Shown here: positions 1 to 15,051 of the stretch, piece after piece | Layout: each line of letters opens with the position of its first letter | How positions within the stretch are numbered: position 1 is the first letter of the stretch | DNA from: Eledone cirrhosa | Taxonomy: Eukaryota | Assembly (NCBI GenBank): GCA_964016885.1 | Contig: OZ024763.1 | Coordinates: forward strand, 29,884,001-29,948,000 | Reading direction: 5' to 3' | Length of the DNA stretch: 64,000 nt | The notes under the pieces: model-generated | The model's input: the letters and a program-made list of their open reading frames with translations, nothing else | Databases searched by the model: none | Told to the model about the DNA's origin: nothing | Program-made: the position numbers and the translations under genes

Positions 1-452
1 ATATTCTGAATATGTCTATGTATGTATGTCTGTATGTATGTATGTATGTGTGTATATGTGTTTGTATCTATTTGTGTATTATATATATATATATACACAC
101 ATACATATGATTGTGTGTATATATATATATATGTGTATGATTGTATATATATATGTATGATTGTATATATATATATATGATGGTATATATATATATATGA
201 TTGTGTATATATATATATTATATATATATATATATATATATGATTGTATATATATATATATGATTGTATATATATATATATATATATATGATTGTATATA
301 TATATATATATATATGATTGTATATATATATATATGATTGTATATATATATACGATTGTGTATATATATATATATGATTGTACATATATATATATATTAT
401 TGTGTGTATATATATATGTTTGTGTGTATATATATATGTGTGTGTGTGTTTG

Positions 453-484
<32 letters not shown>

Positions 485-510
485 TAATTATATATATATA
501 TATAATTATA
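1..510. repeat. Compound (TA)n/(TATG)n microsatellite with recurring TGATTG interruptions
   Basis: Directly visible; the Y/I-rich ORFs here are translation artefacts. Confidence 0.95.
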
Positions 511-861
511 CCCCTTTTCATATTTATCTATGTAATCTGACTCTCTATATGATACAGTCTGTTACCCTTGTCTACATCACTTATCGCAGCCACTACTTTC
601 TCCTTCCAATATACAATGGTTTAAAATCATACGTTTTTCTCTACTTCCGCGTTTATTACTCGCTCAGGGATGCTTTAGTCCGTTTACACCATAGTGTCTT
701 ATATAAACGTACTGTATTAAGCTACAGCAAGTGGGACCCCATTTGCTCACGATACAGAGAGATGAGGAGGGCGAGAGAGATGTGGGCGATGACGGTGGGA
801 TTTCGGCTCTTCTGTGTTCGGACACATTGCACCTGCCATTTATAATCTTATTATCTTTGAC

Positions 862-1002
862 GCATAGAGTTACGGCCCTTGCCATTCTGAGTTCTTATCC
901 CGCCGAGGTTAACTTTGCCTTTCAATCTTACGGGGTCGATAAAATAAAGTACCAGTAATGTAGTGGGTAATTGCTGGCCTTGTGCCAATAGTAGAAACAA
1001 TT
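862..1002 (+). mobile_element. tRNA-derived SINE, family A (5'-truncated copy)
   Basis: Body CCGAGGTTAACTTTGCCTTTCA.TCTTACGGGGTCGATAAAATAAAGTACCAGT and tail GCTGGCCTTGTGCC, repeated many times in the window; resembles the Meta/MESC-type SINE central domain (from memory). Confidence 0.8.
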
Positions 1003-1197
1003 TATAATCTTATTAAAGAGCGGTGAAAGCTACAGCTTCCTTCCCAAACATATACTAATACACACATCATATATTTTCATTGGCCTTATAGCTTTCTATT
1101 TTCTTTAGTTCTTTAGTTCTTTCTTTCGTTTTCCTCTCATTTCTTTTTCGTTTTGTGATTGTATTTAACCTTGTCGTTGTTGTTGTCGTAGTTGTTG

Positions 1198-1625
1198 TGG
1201 GATCGTCAGAGTCGTTAGAGCGTCGGTAAACAAGGTTAGTAGTATATGTTCAGGCTCTTTACGTTCTGGGTTTAAATCCCGTCGAGGTTAGCTTTCCTTT
1301 TCAGCCTTACAGGGTCCATAAAATAAAGTACCAGTAATGCACTGGGGGATCGAATTAATCGACTCTCCCCTTTCCCCCAATTGTTGGCCTTGTGTCTAAA
1401 TCAGAAACCATTATTGATTGTCAGTATCGGTAGAGTATCGAACAGGATGCTTCGTGACATAGATTTCCTTTACGTTCTGGGTTCGAATACCGCCGAGGTT
1501 AACTTTGCCTTTCATCCTTACGGGGTCAATAAAATAAAGTACCAGTAATGCACTGGGACCGATTTAATCGACTTTCCCTGCTACCAAAAATTGCTGGCCT
1601 TGTGCCTAAATCAAAAGCCATCATT
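1198..1625 (+). mobile_element. Two tandem family A SINE copies (about 1198-1413 and 1417-1625)
   Basis: Each has a head (GTCGTTAGAGCGTCGG / ATCGGTAGAGTATCG), a B-box-like GGTTYRAAT.C, and the shared body and tail. Confidence 0.85.
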
Positions 1626-1846
1626 ATTATCATTGTTCATTCCCATTGTGGTTCTTCATTTGTTTATTTTTGTGCTTGTTTTGTTTTGTGCTTGTTTTGG
1701 TCCTGTTTTTGTACCTATTGTCACTAGCTTTGGTCTTGTTAGTGTTGGTGTTGTTGTTATTGTTGGTGTTGGTATTGTCATTGTATTTGGTCTTAGTTGT
1801 CGTGGTGCTGGTGGTGGCGGTGTGGTACTGATCTAAATATACGCTC

Positions 1847-1897
<51 letters not shown>

Positions 1898-1943
1898 TAG
1901 GGGTATAAATTTATATATATATATATATATATAGGGCTATAAA

Positions 1944-2010
<67 letters not shown>

Positions 2011-2041
2011 GTATAAATATATATATATATATATATATGGG

Positions 2042-2082
<41 letters not shown>

Positions 2083-2087
2083 CTGGG

Positions 2088-2126
<39 letters not shown>

Positions 2127-2694
2127 GGCTATAAATTTATATATATATATATATATATATGGGTATAAATTTATATGTATATATATGTGTGTATAAATTT
2201 ATATATATATATATATATATTCATAAATATATATACACATAACATATTGGTATTTATTTATATATATATATACATAACATATTGGTATTTATTTATATAT
2301 ATATATATATATATCGAAATGTATACACAACATATATGTACAAATTCATATATATATATAAATATTTGAGTATGTGTGTGAATGCGTGTAAAAAGAAAGA
2401 TGGCTGAGAGATAGATGAGGGGAGAGACATATTCCTTTTTCTCTCTCAATATCTCTGTTGATTTCCGGCAGTGTTTTGTGTCAATATATAAGTTCAAGCA
2501 AAGGCAACACACCCACATCCTCCCCCTATCTTCCCCCACACCCCACACCCACACAAGAACAGACGAAAAAAACACACACACATAAAATTTAAAAAAAGTT
2601 ATTGTTTGTGTAAAATGTCGCGATGGTTGGACACCGATTGTCTTCGTGAATCTCGCGATAAGATGACGAAGGAGGGACAAGACAAATAAATCGA

Positions 2695-2747
<53 letters not shown>

Positions 2748-2759
2748 TATATGTATATA

Positions 2760-2791
<32 letters not shown>

Positions 2792-2928
2792 CATGTGTAT
2801 ATATATATGTATATATATATGTATATATATATGTATGTATGTATTTATATTTTTATATACATATATATATTTTTGTATTATTATATGCATATATATTATT
2901 TATATACGCATATATATATATATACATA

Positions 2929-3031
<103 letters not shown>

Positions 3032-3033
3032 TT

Positions 3034-3065
<32 letters not shown>

Positions 3066-3619
3066 TTGTATATATATATGTATATATTTAAATATATATA
3101 TATTTATATATACACACATACAAACGCACAGACAAACGCAAACATACATACACACAAGAGCATAAAACAAACAATGGCAGCAAGACCCAAGAACCAAGAA
3201 TCAAATATATATAAAGAGAGAAGACACACATAGAATGAGATCTTAGGCAAATTCTTGTTCGCCCAGGAATGACTATTTATGGTAAACAATGCCATTCGTA
3301 GTTTTCTAGACGCAGAAGATTAAAATGCAAGACAAACGTGACTAAAACCGCTTTCCGAGATGTAAAGGAGAAAAAAAAATAATATGGCGGTTCAAACGAA
3401 GAGCGAAGCTGACTGGTGTCGTCTGCGCCGTGCTCAGGCATTTTAATGTATGTATGTGTGTTTGTATGTATGTATGTGTGTGTAGATATATGTATATATT
3501 TATGTTTGTATAGATATATGTATATATTTATGTATGTGTAGATACATATATATATATATTGAAGAAAATATCCAAATATCTCACGCTATCGGTCATAAAT
3601 GTATGTATATTATATATGT

Positions 3620-4670
<1,051 letters not shown>

Positions 4671-4904
4671 TATGGCGGCTATTTTTTAGATATATATAGA
4701 TTTTCTTCAAATTTTCATATCTTTCATGAATTTTTTCATTTTTCATTTTTTTTATATTATATATCATTACATTATTATTCTATTAATATTAATATTATTA
4801 TTACAATATTTATATTATTATTTCAATATTATATTTTATTATTTTTTCATCACTGCAAATATATTTCATAGTTTTTTTTTGTGGGGGGGTTTCATACCTC
4901 TTTA

Positions 4905-5142
4905 TTTTATCATCATTATTATTATCACCATCATCATTATTATCATCACCATCATTATCACCATCATCATCATTATTATCATCATCAGCACCATCATCAT
5001 CATGATCATCATCATCATTATCATCATCATCATCATCATCATCATTATCATCATCATCATCATCATCATCAACATCATTATCACCATCATCATCATCATC
5101 ATTATCACCATCATCATCATCATTATCACCATCATCATCATT

Positions 5143-5234
<92 letters not shown>

Positions 5235-5250
5235 CATCGTCATCATCATC
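4905..5250. repeat. (CAT)n/(TAT)n trinucleotide microsatellite
   Basis: Directly visible; poly-H/poly-I ORFs are artefacts. Confidence 0.95.
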
Positions 5251-5559
5251 GTATCAATATATGATTGGTTTTGATATGAGATAATCGTGTTTGTATGTTT
5301 TTTCAATTTAGATTTTTCTTTAGGTAAAAATCTTTATTTATTTATATTATTATTTTTTTTTTTGAAAATGTCTTTTTAGTTATAATTTTTTTTTTGTTCT
5401 AGAGTTTATCATTTGTTTTTGTTCGTTTTTTGTTTTTTGTTTTCTGTGTTTTGTTTTTTGTTGGTTTTTTTTATCATTTTTGTTTTTCTGTTCCTTTGTA
5501 TTGTTTTAAATTAATTTACGTTTTTTTCATATATGTATATATACATAGAAATATGATAC

Positions 5560-5596
<37 letters not shown>

Positions 5597-5621
5597 TTAT
5601 ATATATAAATATATATATTAC

Positions 5622-5652
<31 letters not shown>

Positions 5653-5798
5653 CTGTGTGTATGTATATATAGCATCATCTTCGTTTAACGTCCATCTTGC
5701 ATTTATATATATATATATATTTATATATATAAATATATATATATTACATATATATATTTATATATATATATATATATATATATGATAATATATATATA

Positions 5799-5873
<75 letters not shown>

Positions 5874-6054
5874 TATAAAAAATATATTTCATACAAATGC
5901 TTTGAAAGATAATAAATTTCGTAGACATACGAATTACCATATTAATCTATGCAACTCATGTATATTATTATTATTATTATTATTAATAGTAGTAGTAGTA
6001 GTAGTAGTAGTAGTAATAATGTTATGGTAAGGCGTCGGACACCATATTTCACGG

Positions 6055-6410
6055 CATTACTCTATATATACTATTGTATTTTCACACTAAAGGCTTTACC
6101 TCACATAATATCTGACATAACATTTACATTACTCTATATATACTATTGTATTTTCACAGTAAAGGTTTACCTCACATAATATCTCACACAGCATTTACAT
6201 TACTCTATATATACTATTGTATTGTCACAGTAAAGGTTTACCTCACATAATATCTCACATAACATTTACATTACTCTACATATACTATTGTATTGTCACA
6301 GTAAAGGTTTACCTCACATAATATCTCACATAACATTTACATTACTCTATATATACTATTGTATTGTCACAGTAAAGGTTCTATTTCATATAATTATCTC
6401 ACATAACATT
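6055..6410. repeat. 71-bp minisatellite, about 5 copies
   Basis: CTCTA(T/C)AT anchor recurs at 6060, 6132, 6203, 6274 and 6345. Confidence 0.9.
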
Positions 6411-6515
6411 AAATCTATGAGATTTTGATATTATTTATTTTGAGAACAATACCTTAACATCAGTATGAGTGGCCAGTTACAGCTAGTTTGAACAGAAAGA
6501 AGTGAGAGAATCTTG

Positions 6516-6582
6516 GCCGGATATGGCCAGGTTTGAATGCTAAAAGGTTAACCCTTTAACATTCAAACCGGCCGTATCCGGC
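6516..6582. mobile_element. Two abutting inverted piggyBac-like terminal repeats sharing a TTAA
   Basis: GCCGGATATGGCCAGGTTTGAATGCTAAAAGG-TTAA-CCCTTTAACATTCAAACCGGCCGTATCCGGC, with TTAA at 6548-6551. A CCC terminus plus TTAA target site is the piggyBac signature. Confidence 0.6.
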
Positions 6583-6995
6583 TGGGTTGATAAAATATAG
6601 TACCAGTATTACACTGGTGTTTACTTAATTGATTTTCCCCTCCCCCAAAATGGCGATACTGGTTCCCAGCCAAGTTTTTGGGGGTGTTTTTCATGTTGTT
6701 GAAGAGATGATTGTAAGATGAAACGTAACATTGTAGTTATTAATAAGAAGACTTGAAATTAATTCATGTAAAGTTTCACAGCTCTAGCATCACGCCTTTG
6801 TAATCAGTCAATAACATTTGCAGCCAACCCTCGTATGTTCTGATCTAAGGGGGTTACTCTTTTACGGTTTTACCTGTTCTAGCCATAGGGTGAGGCCATG
6901 CTGGGGCACCGGTAAATATATATTTTTTTTTATGAATTCTCGTAGTTTCCTGGAAATTTGTTGTGGAAAACTTTTTCCAGTCTCTTTCTGACTAA

Positions 6996-9030
6996 CACAC
7001 CTCCACCACACCTCAGCCTCCACCTCAGCTCCACTACACATCCACCACACCTCCACCTCCACCTCACCTCCACCAGACCTCCACCACACTTCCACCACAC
7101 TTCCACCACACCTCCACCTCCACCACACCTCCACCTCCACCACCACCTCACCTCCACCACACCTCCACCTCCACCACACCACCACCTCACCTCCACCACA
7201 CCACCACCTCACCTCCACCACACCTCCACCTCACCTCCACCACACCTCCACCTCTACCTCCACCTCACCTCCATCTCCACCACACCTCCACCACACTTCC
7301 ACCACACCTCCACCTCCACCACACCTCCACCACACCTCCACCACACCTCCACCTCTACCTCTACCTCACCTCCACCTCCACCACACTTCCACTACACCTC
7401 CACCTCACCTCCACCACACCTCCACCTCCACCACACCTCCACCTCCACCTCCACCACACCACCACCTCCACCACCTCACATCCTCCACCTCACCTCCACC
7501 ACAGCTCCACCTCCACCACACCTCCACCTCACCTCCACCACACCTCCACCACACATCCACCACAACAGCGACAACAAACTGTCGTAATTGTATTATAGTT
7601 CTTCACCATGACCAGCATCACCACCATCACCACCACCATCACCACCACCATCCCCATCACCATCATCACCATCACCACCATCACCATCACCACCATCACC
7701 ACCATCACCACCATCACCATCACCACCATCACCACCACCACCATCACCACCACCACCACCACCACCATCACCACCACCACCACCATCACCACCACCACCA
7801 CCATCACCATCCCCACCACCACCATCACCACCATCACCACCATCACTATCACCACCATCACCATCACCATCACCACCATCATCACCATCATCACCATCCC
7901 CACCACCACCATCACCACCTTCACCACCACCACCACCACCATCATCACCATTACCACCACCACCATCCCCACCACCACCATCACCACCATCACCACCACC
8001 ACCACCACCATCATCACCACCACCACCACCATCCCCACCACCACCATCACCACCATCACCATCACCACCATCATCACTATCATCATCACCATCACCACCA
8101 TCACCACCATCACCATCACCATCATCATCACCATCACCACCACCACCACCATCACCACCATCACCGTCACCACCATCACCGTTACCACCATCACCATCAG
8201 CACCATCTCCATCACCAACACCACCATCACCACCACCACCATCATCACCATCACCACCACCACCATCACCATCACCACCATCATCTCCATTACCAACACC
8301 ATCACCACCATCACCACCACCACCATCATCTCCATCATCACCATCATCACCACCAACAACACCATCATCACCATCACCATCAACACCACCATCATCACCA
8401 TCACCATCAACACCACCATCACCACCACCACCATCATCTCCATCATCACCATCATCACCACCATCATCTCCATCATCACCATCATCACCATCAACACCAC
8501 CATCATCACCATCACCATCAACACCACCATCATCACCATCAATCCTGTTGCTCTAAACGTGTTGATGGCTGATTACAGTGGAAGGAAAAGACACGGCGAA
8601 GGCTGAGGGTTGGTGGGGTGGGGGATGGAGGGGGTTGGCGGCGGCGTTGGTTGTAGTAGTGTTGGTGTTGGTGGAAGGTAAGAGTGAAGGAGGTTGAGGT
8701 GAGGTGGTGGAGGTATGGTGGTGGTGGTGGTGTTGCTATTGGTGGTGGTGTTGGTGTTGGTGGTGTTGTTGGTGGTGGTGGAGTGGGGGAGGTGGAGGTA
8801 TGGAGTTGGTAGAGGTGGTGGCGTTGGTGGAAGAAGGTGAAAATGGAGGAGGCAGAGGTATGGAGGTGTGGTGGTGGTTGTGGTGTCGGTGGTGTTGGTG
8901 GTGGTGTTGGTGGTGGTGGTGGTTGTGGTGGTGTTGGTGGAATGTGGGAGTGGGAGAGGTGGAGGTATGGAGTTGGTAAAGGTGGTGGCGTTGGTGGAAG
9001 GAGGTGAAAAGTGGAGGGAGGTGGCGGTGT
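6996..9030. repeat. Low-complexity (CCA/CCT)n, (CAC/CAT)n and (GGT)n tracts
   Basis: Directly visible; the poly-T/I/P/H ORFs carry no domain signal. Confidence 0.9.
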
Positions 9031-9470
9031 GATGATTGTTCTTCCAGCGCATTTCGCTGTGAAATGATTGCGAAGCTGGATTCGATGTTTAATCAAAGCC
9101 GTTTGATGCCGCATCATCAATAACGCTGATCACATGCTATGCACCATTCATCCATCCATCCATTCCTCCCATCCTCCTCCCCTCCACCTCCATCAATTTC
9201 TTTCCCAAGCTCCATATCTTGCCTCGTTCACCCTCTATCCATCCTTTTCCCCCATTCCATCCTTCCATACATACATCCATCCTTCCATACATCCATCCAT
9301 CCTTCCATACATCCATCTATCCTTCCATATGTCCTTCCAGTCATACACGCTGTCATACATCCATACTTAAACCGCCAGCAATGTCACGTTAACCACCCTG
9401 CCTGCCAGCCGTCAACCCACCCACGAAGCCCCCACACACCAATACACCCATGAATCCACCCTCGATCCCG

Positions 9471-9860
9471 CACACCAACCCACACACCAACTCACACTCC
9501 AAACCACCCACCAACTCACCCACGAACCCACACACCAATCCACACACCAACTCACACTCCAAACCACCCACCAACTCACCCGCGAACCCACACACCAACC
9601 CACACACCAACTCACACTCCAAACCACCCACCAACTCACCCGCGAACCCACACACCAACCCACACACCAACTCACACTCCAAACCACCCACCTTCTCACC
9701 CGCGAACCCACACACCAACCCACACACCAACTCACACTCCAAACCACCCACCTTCTCACCCGCGAACCCACACACCAATCCACACACCAACTCACACTCC
9801 AAACCACCCACCTTCTCACCCGCGAACCCACACACCAACCCACACACCAACGCACAAACC
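9471..9860. repeat. 60-bp CA-rich minisatellite, about 6.5 copies
   Basis: Consecutive 60-nt lines 9481-9840 are near-identical (CACACACCAACTCACACTCCAAACCACCCA...). Confidence 0.92.
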
Positions 9861-10530
9861 AACCCACCTTCGACATACACACCAACTCACACACCAACCA
9901 CCGCACCCATCCAACCACCAACCCACCCGCGACACACACAACAACCCTCAAACCAACCCACCCGTGGCCCACACAACAACACACACACACCAATCCACCC
10001 ACGAACACACACACACCAAACAACCCAACCCACACACCAACCCACGCACCAATCCACACACCAACCCACACACCAACTCAGACACCAACCCGTACACCAA
10101 CCCACCTTCGACCCACGCACCAATCCACACACCAACCCACACAGTAACTCAGACACCAACCCGCACACCAACCCACCTTCGACCCACACACCAACACACA
10201 CACCAACCCACACACCAACACACACACACACACACCAACCACCCACCAACTCAGACACCAACCCACCCGTGTGTCCACACACAACAACCGCACACCAACA
10301 CACCCACCAACCGTCACACCAACACACACACTCACAACAACCTACCCACGAACACACACACTAACCACCGCACCCATCCAACTACCAACCCACCCGCGGC
10401 CCACCCATCAACCCACAAACTAACCGACCTTCGACCCACACCCCCCCCCTCTCCCCCCCGATACACCCGATCCAGAAAAATACAACAGCAACTAGAGCAA
10501 CAACAACCACTATAATTAACACCAACAACG

Positions 10531-12027
10531 ATGGATTGATAGAATCGTTAGAGCGTCCGACAGAACGCTTTACGGTATTTGTTCCAGCTCTGAGTTCAAA
10601 TCCTGCCGAGGGTAACTTCGCCTTTCATCCTTACGGGGTTGATAAAATAAAGTACCAGTAATACACTGGTGCTATTTAAGCCACTTTCCCTTCCCCATAA
10701 ATGGTATGCATTGTGTCTAAATCAGAAATCTTTATTTACGTTCAGAGTTTAAATTCTGCCAAGGTTAACTTTGCCTTTCATTCTTACGATGTCGATAAAA
10801 TAAAGTACCAGTAATTCACTGATGTCGATTTAATCGACTTTCACTTCCTCCCAAATAATTGTTCAGAAATCTTTATTTACGTTCTGAGTTCAAATTCTGC
10901 CAAGGTTAACTTTGCCTTTCATTCTTACGATGTCGATAAAATAAAGTACCAGTAATTCACTGATGTCGATTTAATCGACTTTCACTTCCTCCCAAATAAT
11001 TGTTCAGAAATCTTTATTTACGTTCTGAGTTCAAATTCTGCCAAGGTTAACTTTGCCTTTCATTCTTACGATGTCGATAAAATAAAGTACCAGTAATTCA
11101 CTGATGTCGATTTAATCGACTTTCACTTCCTCCCAAATAATTGTTCAGAAATCTTTATTTACGTTCTGAGTTCAAATTCTGCCAAGGTTAACTTTGCCTT
11201 TCATTCTTACGATGTCGATAAAATAAAGTACCAGTAATTCACTGATGTCGATTTAATCGACTTTCACTTCCCCCCAAATATTTGTTCAGAAATCTTTATT
11301 TACGTTCTGAGTTTAAATTCTGCCAAGGTTAACTTTGCCTTTCATTCTTACGATGTCGATAAAATAAAGTACCAGTAATTCACTGATGTCGATTTAATCG
11401 ACTTTCACTTCCCCCCAAATATTTGTTCAGAAATCTTTATTTACGTTCTGAGTTCAAATTCTGCCAAGGTTAACTTTGCCTTTCATTCTTACGATGTCGA
11501 TAAAATAAAGTACCAGTAATTCACTGATGTCGATTTAATCGACTTTCACTTCCCCCCAAATAATTGTTCAGAAATCTTTATTTACGTTCTGAGTTCAAAT
11601 TCTGCCAAGGTTAACTTTGCCTTTCATTCTTACGATGTCGATAAAATAAAGTACCAGTAATTCACTGATGTCGATTTAATCGACTTTCACTTCCTCCCAA
11701 ATAATTGTTCAGAAATCTTTATTTACGTTCTGAGTTCAAATTCTGCCAAGGTTAACTTTGCCTTTCATCCTTACGATGTCGATAAAAGAAAGTACCAGTA
11801 ACATACTGGGATCAATATAATCCTTTTCCCGTCCTTAAAAAAGTGTTTGCCTTGTGCCTAAATCAGAAACCTTTATTAATATTCTGAGTTCAAATCCCGC
11901 CGAGGTCAACTTTTCCGTTCACCTTTCCGGGGACGATAAAATGAAATATCGATTATGAAAATGGAATCGATTTAACCAACTATCCACCTACCGTCAAATT
12001 GCTAACCTTGTATCTAAATTAGAAGAT
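10531..12027 (+). mobile_element. Family A SINE followed by a 141-bp tandem array of the SINE body (about 8 units) and a diverged terminal copy
   Basis: CAGAAATC anchor at 10723, 10864, 11005, 11146, 11287, 11428, 11569 and 11710; each unit holds GAGTTYAAAT and the SINE core. Confidence 0.92.
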
Positions 12028-12430
12028 ATAATTACACGGAATTTACAATAGAACCCCTGTGTGGTTATTGAATGCTAGAAATAACAACCGAACCAAAATA
12101 TTTGATGATTAATGTAACAGAATAAAACTCCTGATAATATAAAATAAAAAATATATTTGAATTGATATCAACACGAATCTGCAAGCTTGTCATTTGAAAT
12201 AAGTATTTCTTAAGCTCAGTAGTAAAACGTCTGATAACCTATAACCGTGTATACTATATGACCCTTTATGTATCTTTAATTGTTGGGTCACGCTCACTTC
12301 AAAGTATTTTTTAGAAATCATGTTCACTTAAAAATAATTTTTAAATAATTAAAATATATACAGACATGTATATAATGTGAAATGAAACTGGAAGGCCCAA
12401 TTATATATACGTGTATGTATATATATATAA

Positions 12431-12462
<32 letters not shown>

Positions 12463-13531
12463 TGGGGGGGGGGTCTGTGATCTATATACATTGATAAATA
12501 GACACACATATACATATACACGCACTCATATATATACACAACAACACCACCAGCTCTCTCTGCCTCTTTCATTCTCCTTCCCTGTCTCCTCTCCCCCTCT
12601 CTATGTCTCTTTTTCAGTCTACTCTCTCACAACCAGTATCTCTCTCTCTCTCTCTATGCCCCCCTCTCTCTCTCACTCCCCCCTCTCTCTCTCTCACTCT
12701 CCCCTCTCCCTCTCCCTCTCCCTCTCTCTCTCTCCCTCTCTCTCTCACTCACTCACTCTCTGTTCATGAACGTACTCGAAAAAAAACCATATCTCGGGAA
12801 CCCGTGCTCCGATTTACGCGAAACTTGTTTTATTCCATTCATTTCTATCCCCATTTCAGGGTGAACTTCCTTTCAAAGTATTTTCCCATTATGCACCCTT
12901 TTGGCTGTATTACATTACAAACAAGCAAGCAAACAATCACAGAGTTTTAGTACTACATAGATTTGTCCACGTATATCATACACGAGAAAATACGTTTGTT
13001 TTTTTTTATCGTAGTCAAACCATTGCAGCTGGTGAAATTGTAGCTTACCTTCAATGTCATTTAGTCAATAGAGTTAAAACTATGGCCCCCAACAGATTAC
13101 TGGTTTAGGGGGAGTCAAGTTTAAATAATGTGGACCTAGAATCGTTGTGGACACCTGCCCCCAATATCCCATCGATAACACTCACACTACCATCCACAAC
13201 CATCATCACCATCACAAACACCATCAACTAGACTACCAACAACACTACTAATACTACCAACAACACCACTAACACTACCACCATCCCTACCACTAACATC
13301 AACATCAACACAAACATCGCCTCCTACCATTACACTCACACCTCCTGCCACTGTCACTTCTCTTTCCTCTAATTCTTCTTCTTCTTCTTCTTCTTCTTCT
13401 TTTCCACTTCTTCGTCACCTTCTTCTTTTCTTCTTCTTCTTTTCTTCTTCTTCACCTTCTTCTCCTTCTTCTTGTCCTACTTCTCCTTCTTCTTTTCTTT
13501 CTTCTTCTTCTTCTTCTCATTACTACCATCA

Positions 13532-13578
<47 letters not shown>

Positions 13579-14409
13579 TGATTTGTTGGTTTAAGCGGAA
13601 ATCAATTGTTAATTCCAATAAAATCTACTTTTAGATTTCCAATTCCATTTTAGCCGAGAGAGAGGAGAGAGAGAGGGGGTGATAGAGTGCGTGTATGTGT
13701 GTGAGAGAGAGAGAGAGAAAGGGAGATAGAGTGTGTGTGTGTGTGAGTGAGAGAGAGAGAGGATGTACCTGTGTGAGAGTGGGTGTGTGTGTGAGAGAAA
13801 GAGAGAGAGAGAGAGGGAGAGAGAGAGAGGGAGAGAGAGAGAGAGAGAACGAGGGGGAAGATGGAGCTCAGAAGAAAAAGAAAAAAAAACAACACGCACA
13901 CACATACAAGAAATCAAAAAAAAAACATACAACAACTACAACAATAACACCAACAACAACAAAAACAAAAATAACAACAAAAACAACAACAGCAACAACA
14001 ACAACAACAACAATAAAAATATCAAGGAATTAAAACAAACGAAAACACAAACACCCCAAAAAAGCACACCAACAAGAGTTAAAACCAACAAATGAACGCC
14101 GAAGCAAAAATCGGAAACGAAGGAAAACGCCTCGTTTTCACAATTATCGTATTGTCGGTGGATCTTTGATGAGTTTTTGCCTTTGATGAAGATAATAATT
14201 GCCGAATTATCGTATTTAATATAGTGCTTTCATATTAGCATCTCCCTCTCTCCTCTGCCCTTTCTACTCTCTTACCGTCTCTATATTTCACTCTGTCTCT
14301 TTCTTTCTGTTTTACTCTCTCTGTGTTTTGCTATCTCTCTCTCTCTCTCTCTCTCCCTTTCTCTCTCTATATATCTGTCTATCTATCTATCTATCTCTCT
14401 CTCTCTCTT

Positions 14410-14487
<78 letters not shown>

Positions 14488-14640
14488 ACTCTATTTCTCT
14501 CTCTGTCTTACTATCTCTCTCTGTTACTATCTCTCTCTCTCTCTCTCTGTCTTACTATCTCTTTCTCTCTCTATCTATCTCTCTCTCGCTTTCCATCTCT
14601 ATATCTATCTATCTATGTATATGTGTATATCACTCTTTCT

Positions 14641-14719
<79 letters not shown>

Positions 14720-15051
14720 CCTTATCTCTCTCTCTCTTGTTTATCTATAGTTCTATCTCTATCTCATTATCCATATCTCCCACTTTCACTCTCACTCCCT
14801 CCCTCCCTCCCTCTCTCACTCTCACTCAATCTCTCGTCCACTTATCTTCTCTCCATCTCCTTCTCCGTTTCTTTCTCTCATCTTCCTCTCTCTCTCTTTC
14901 TCCTTTTCTTAGCCTTTCTAGTTCGTTCTGATACCCCCCCCCCCTCCCCTCCCCCTCCCCCTCCCACCCTTTCACATTATTTTCTGCATTTCTAAATTTG
15001 CTTCTCATTCTCATTAATTTAACTTTCGGATTAATTGCTGTTGTTGTTGTT

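Noticed and set aside
660-845. Possible LINE zinc-finger (zf-RVT-like) remnant: LVRLHHSVLY...DPICSR
   Set aside because: The Cys/His pattern is incomplete, and the similarity is too weak to call without an HMM search.
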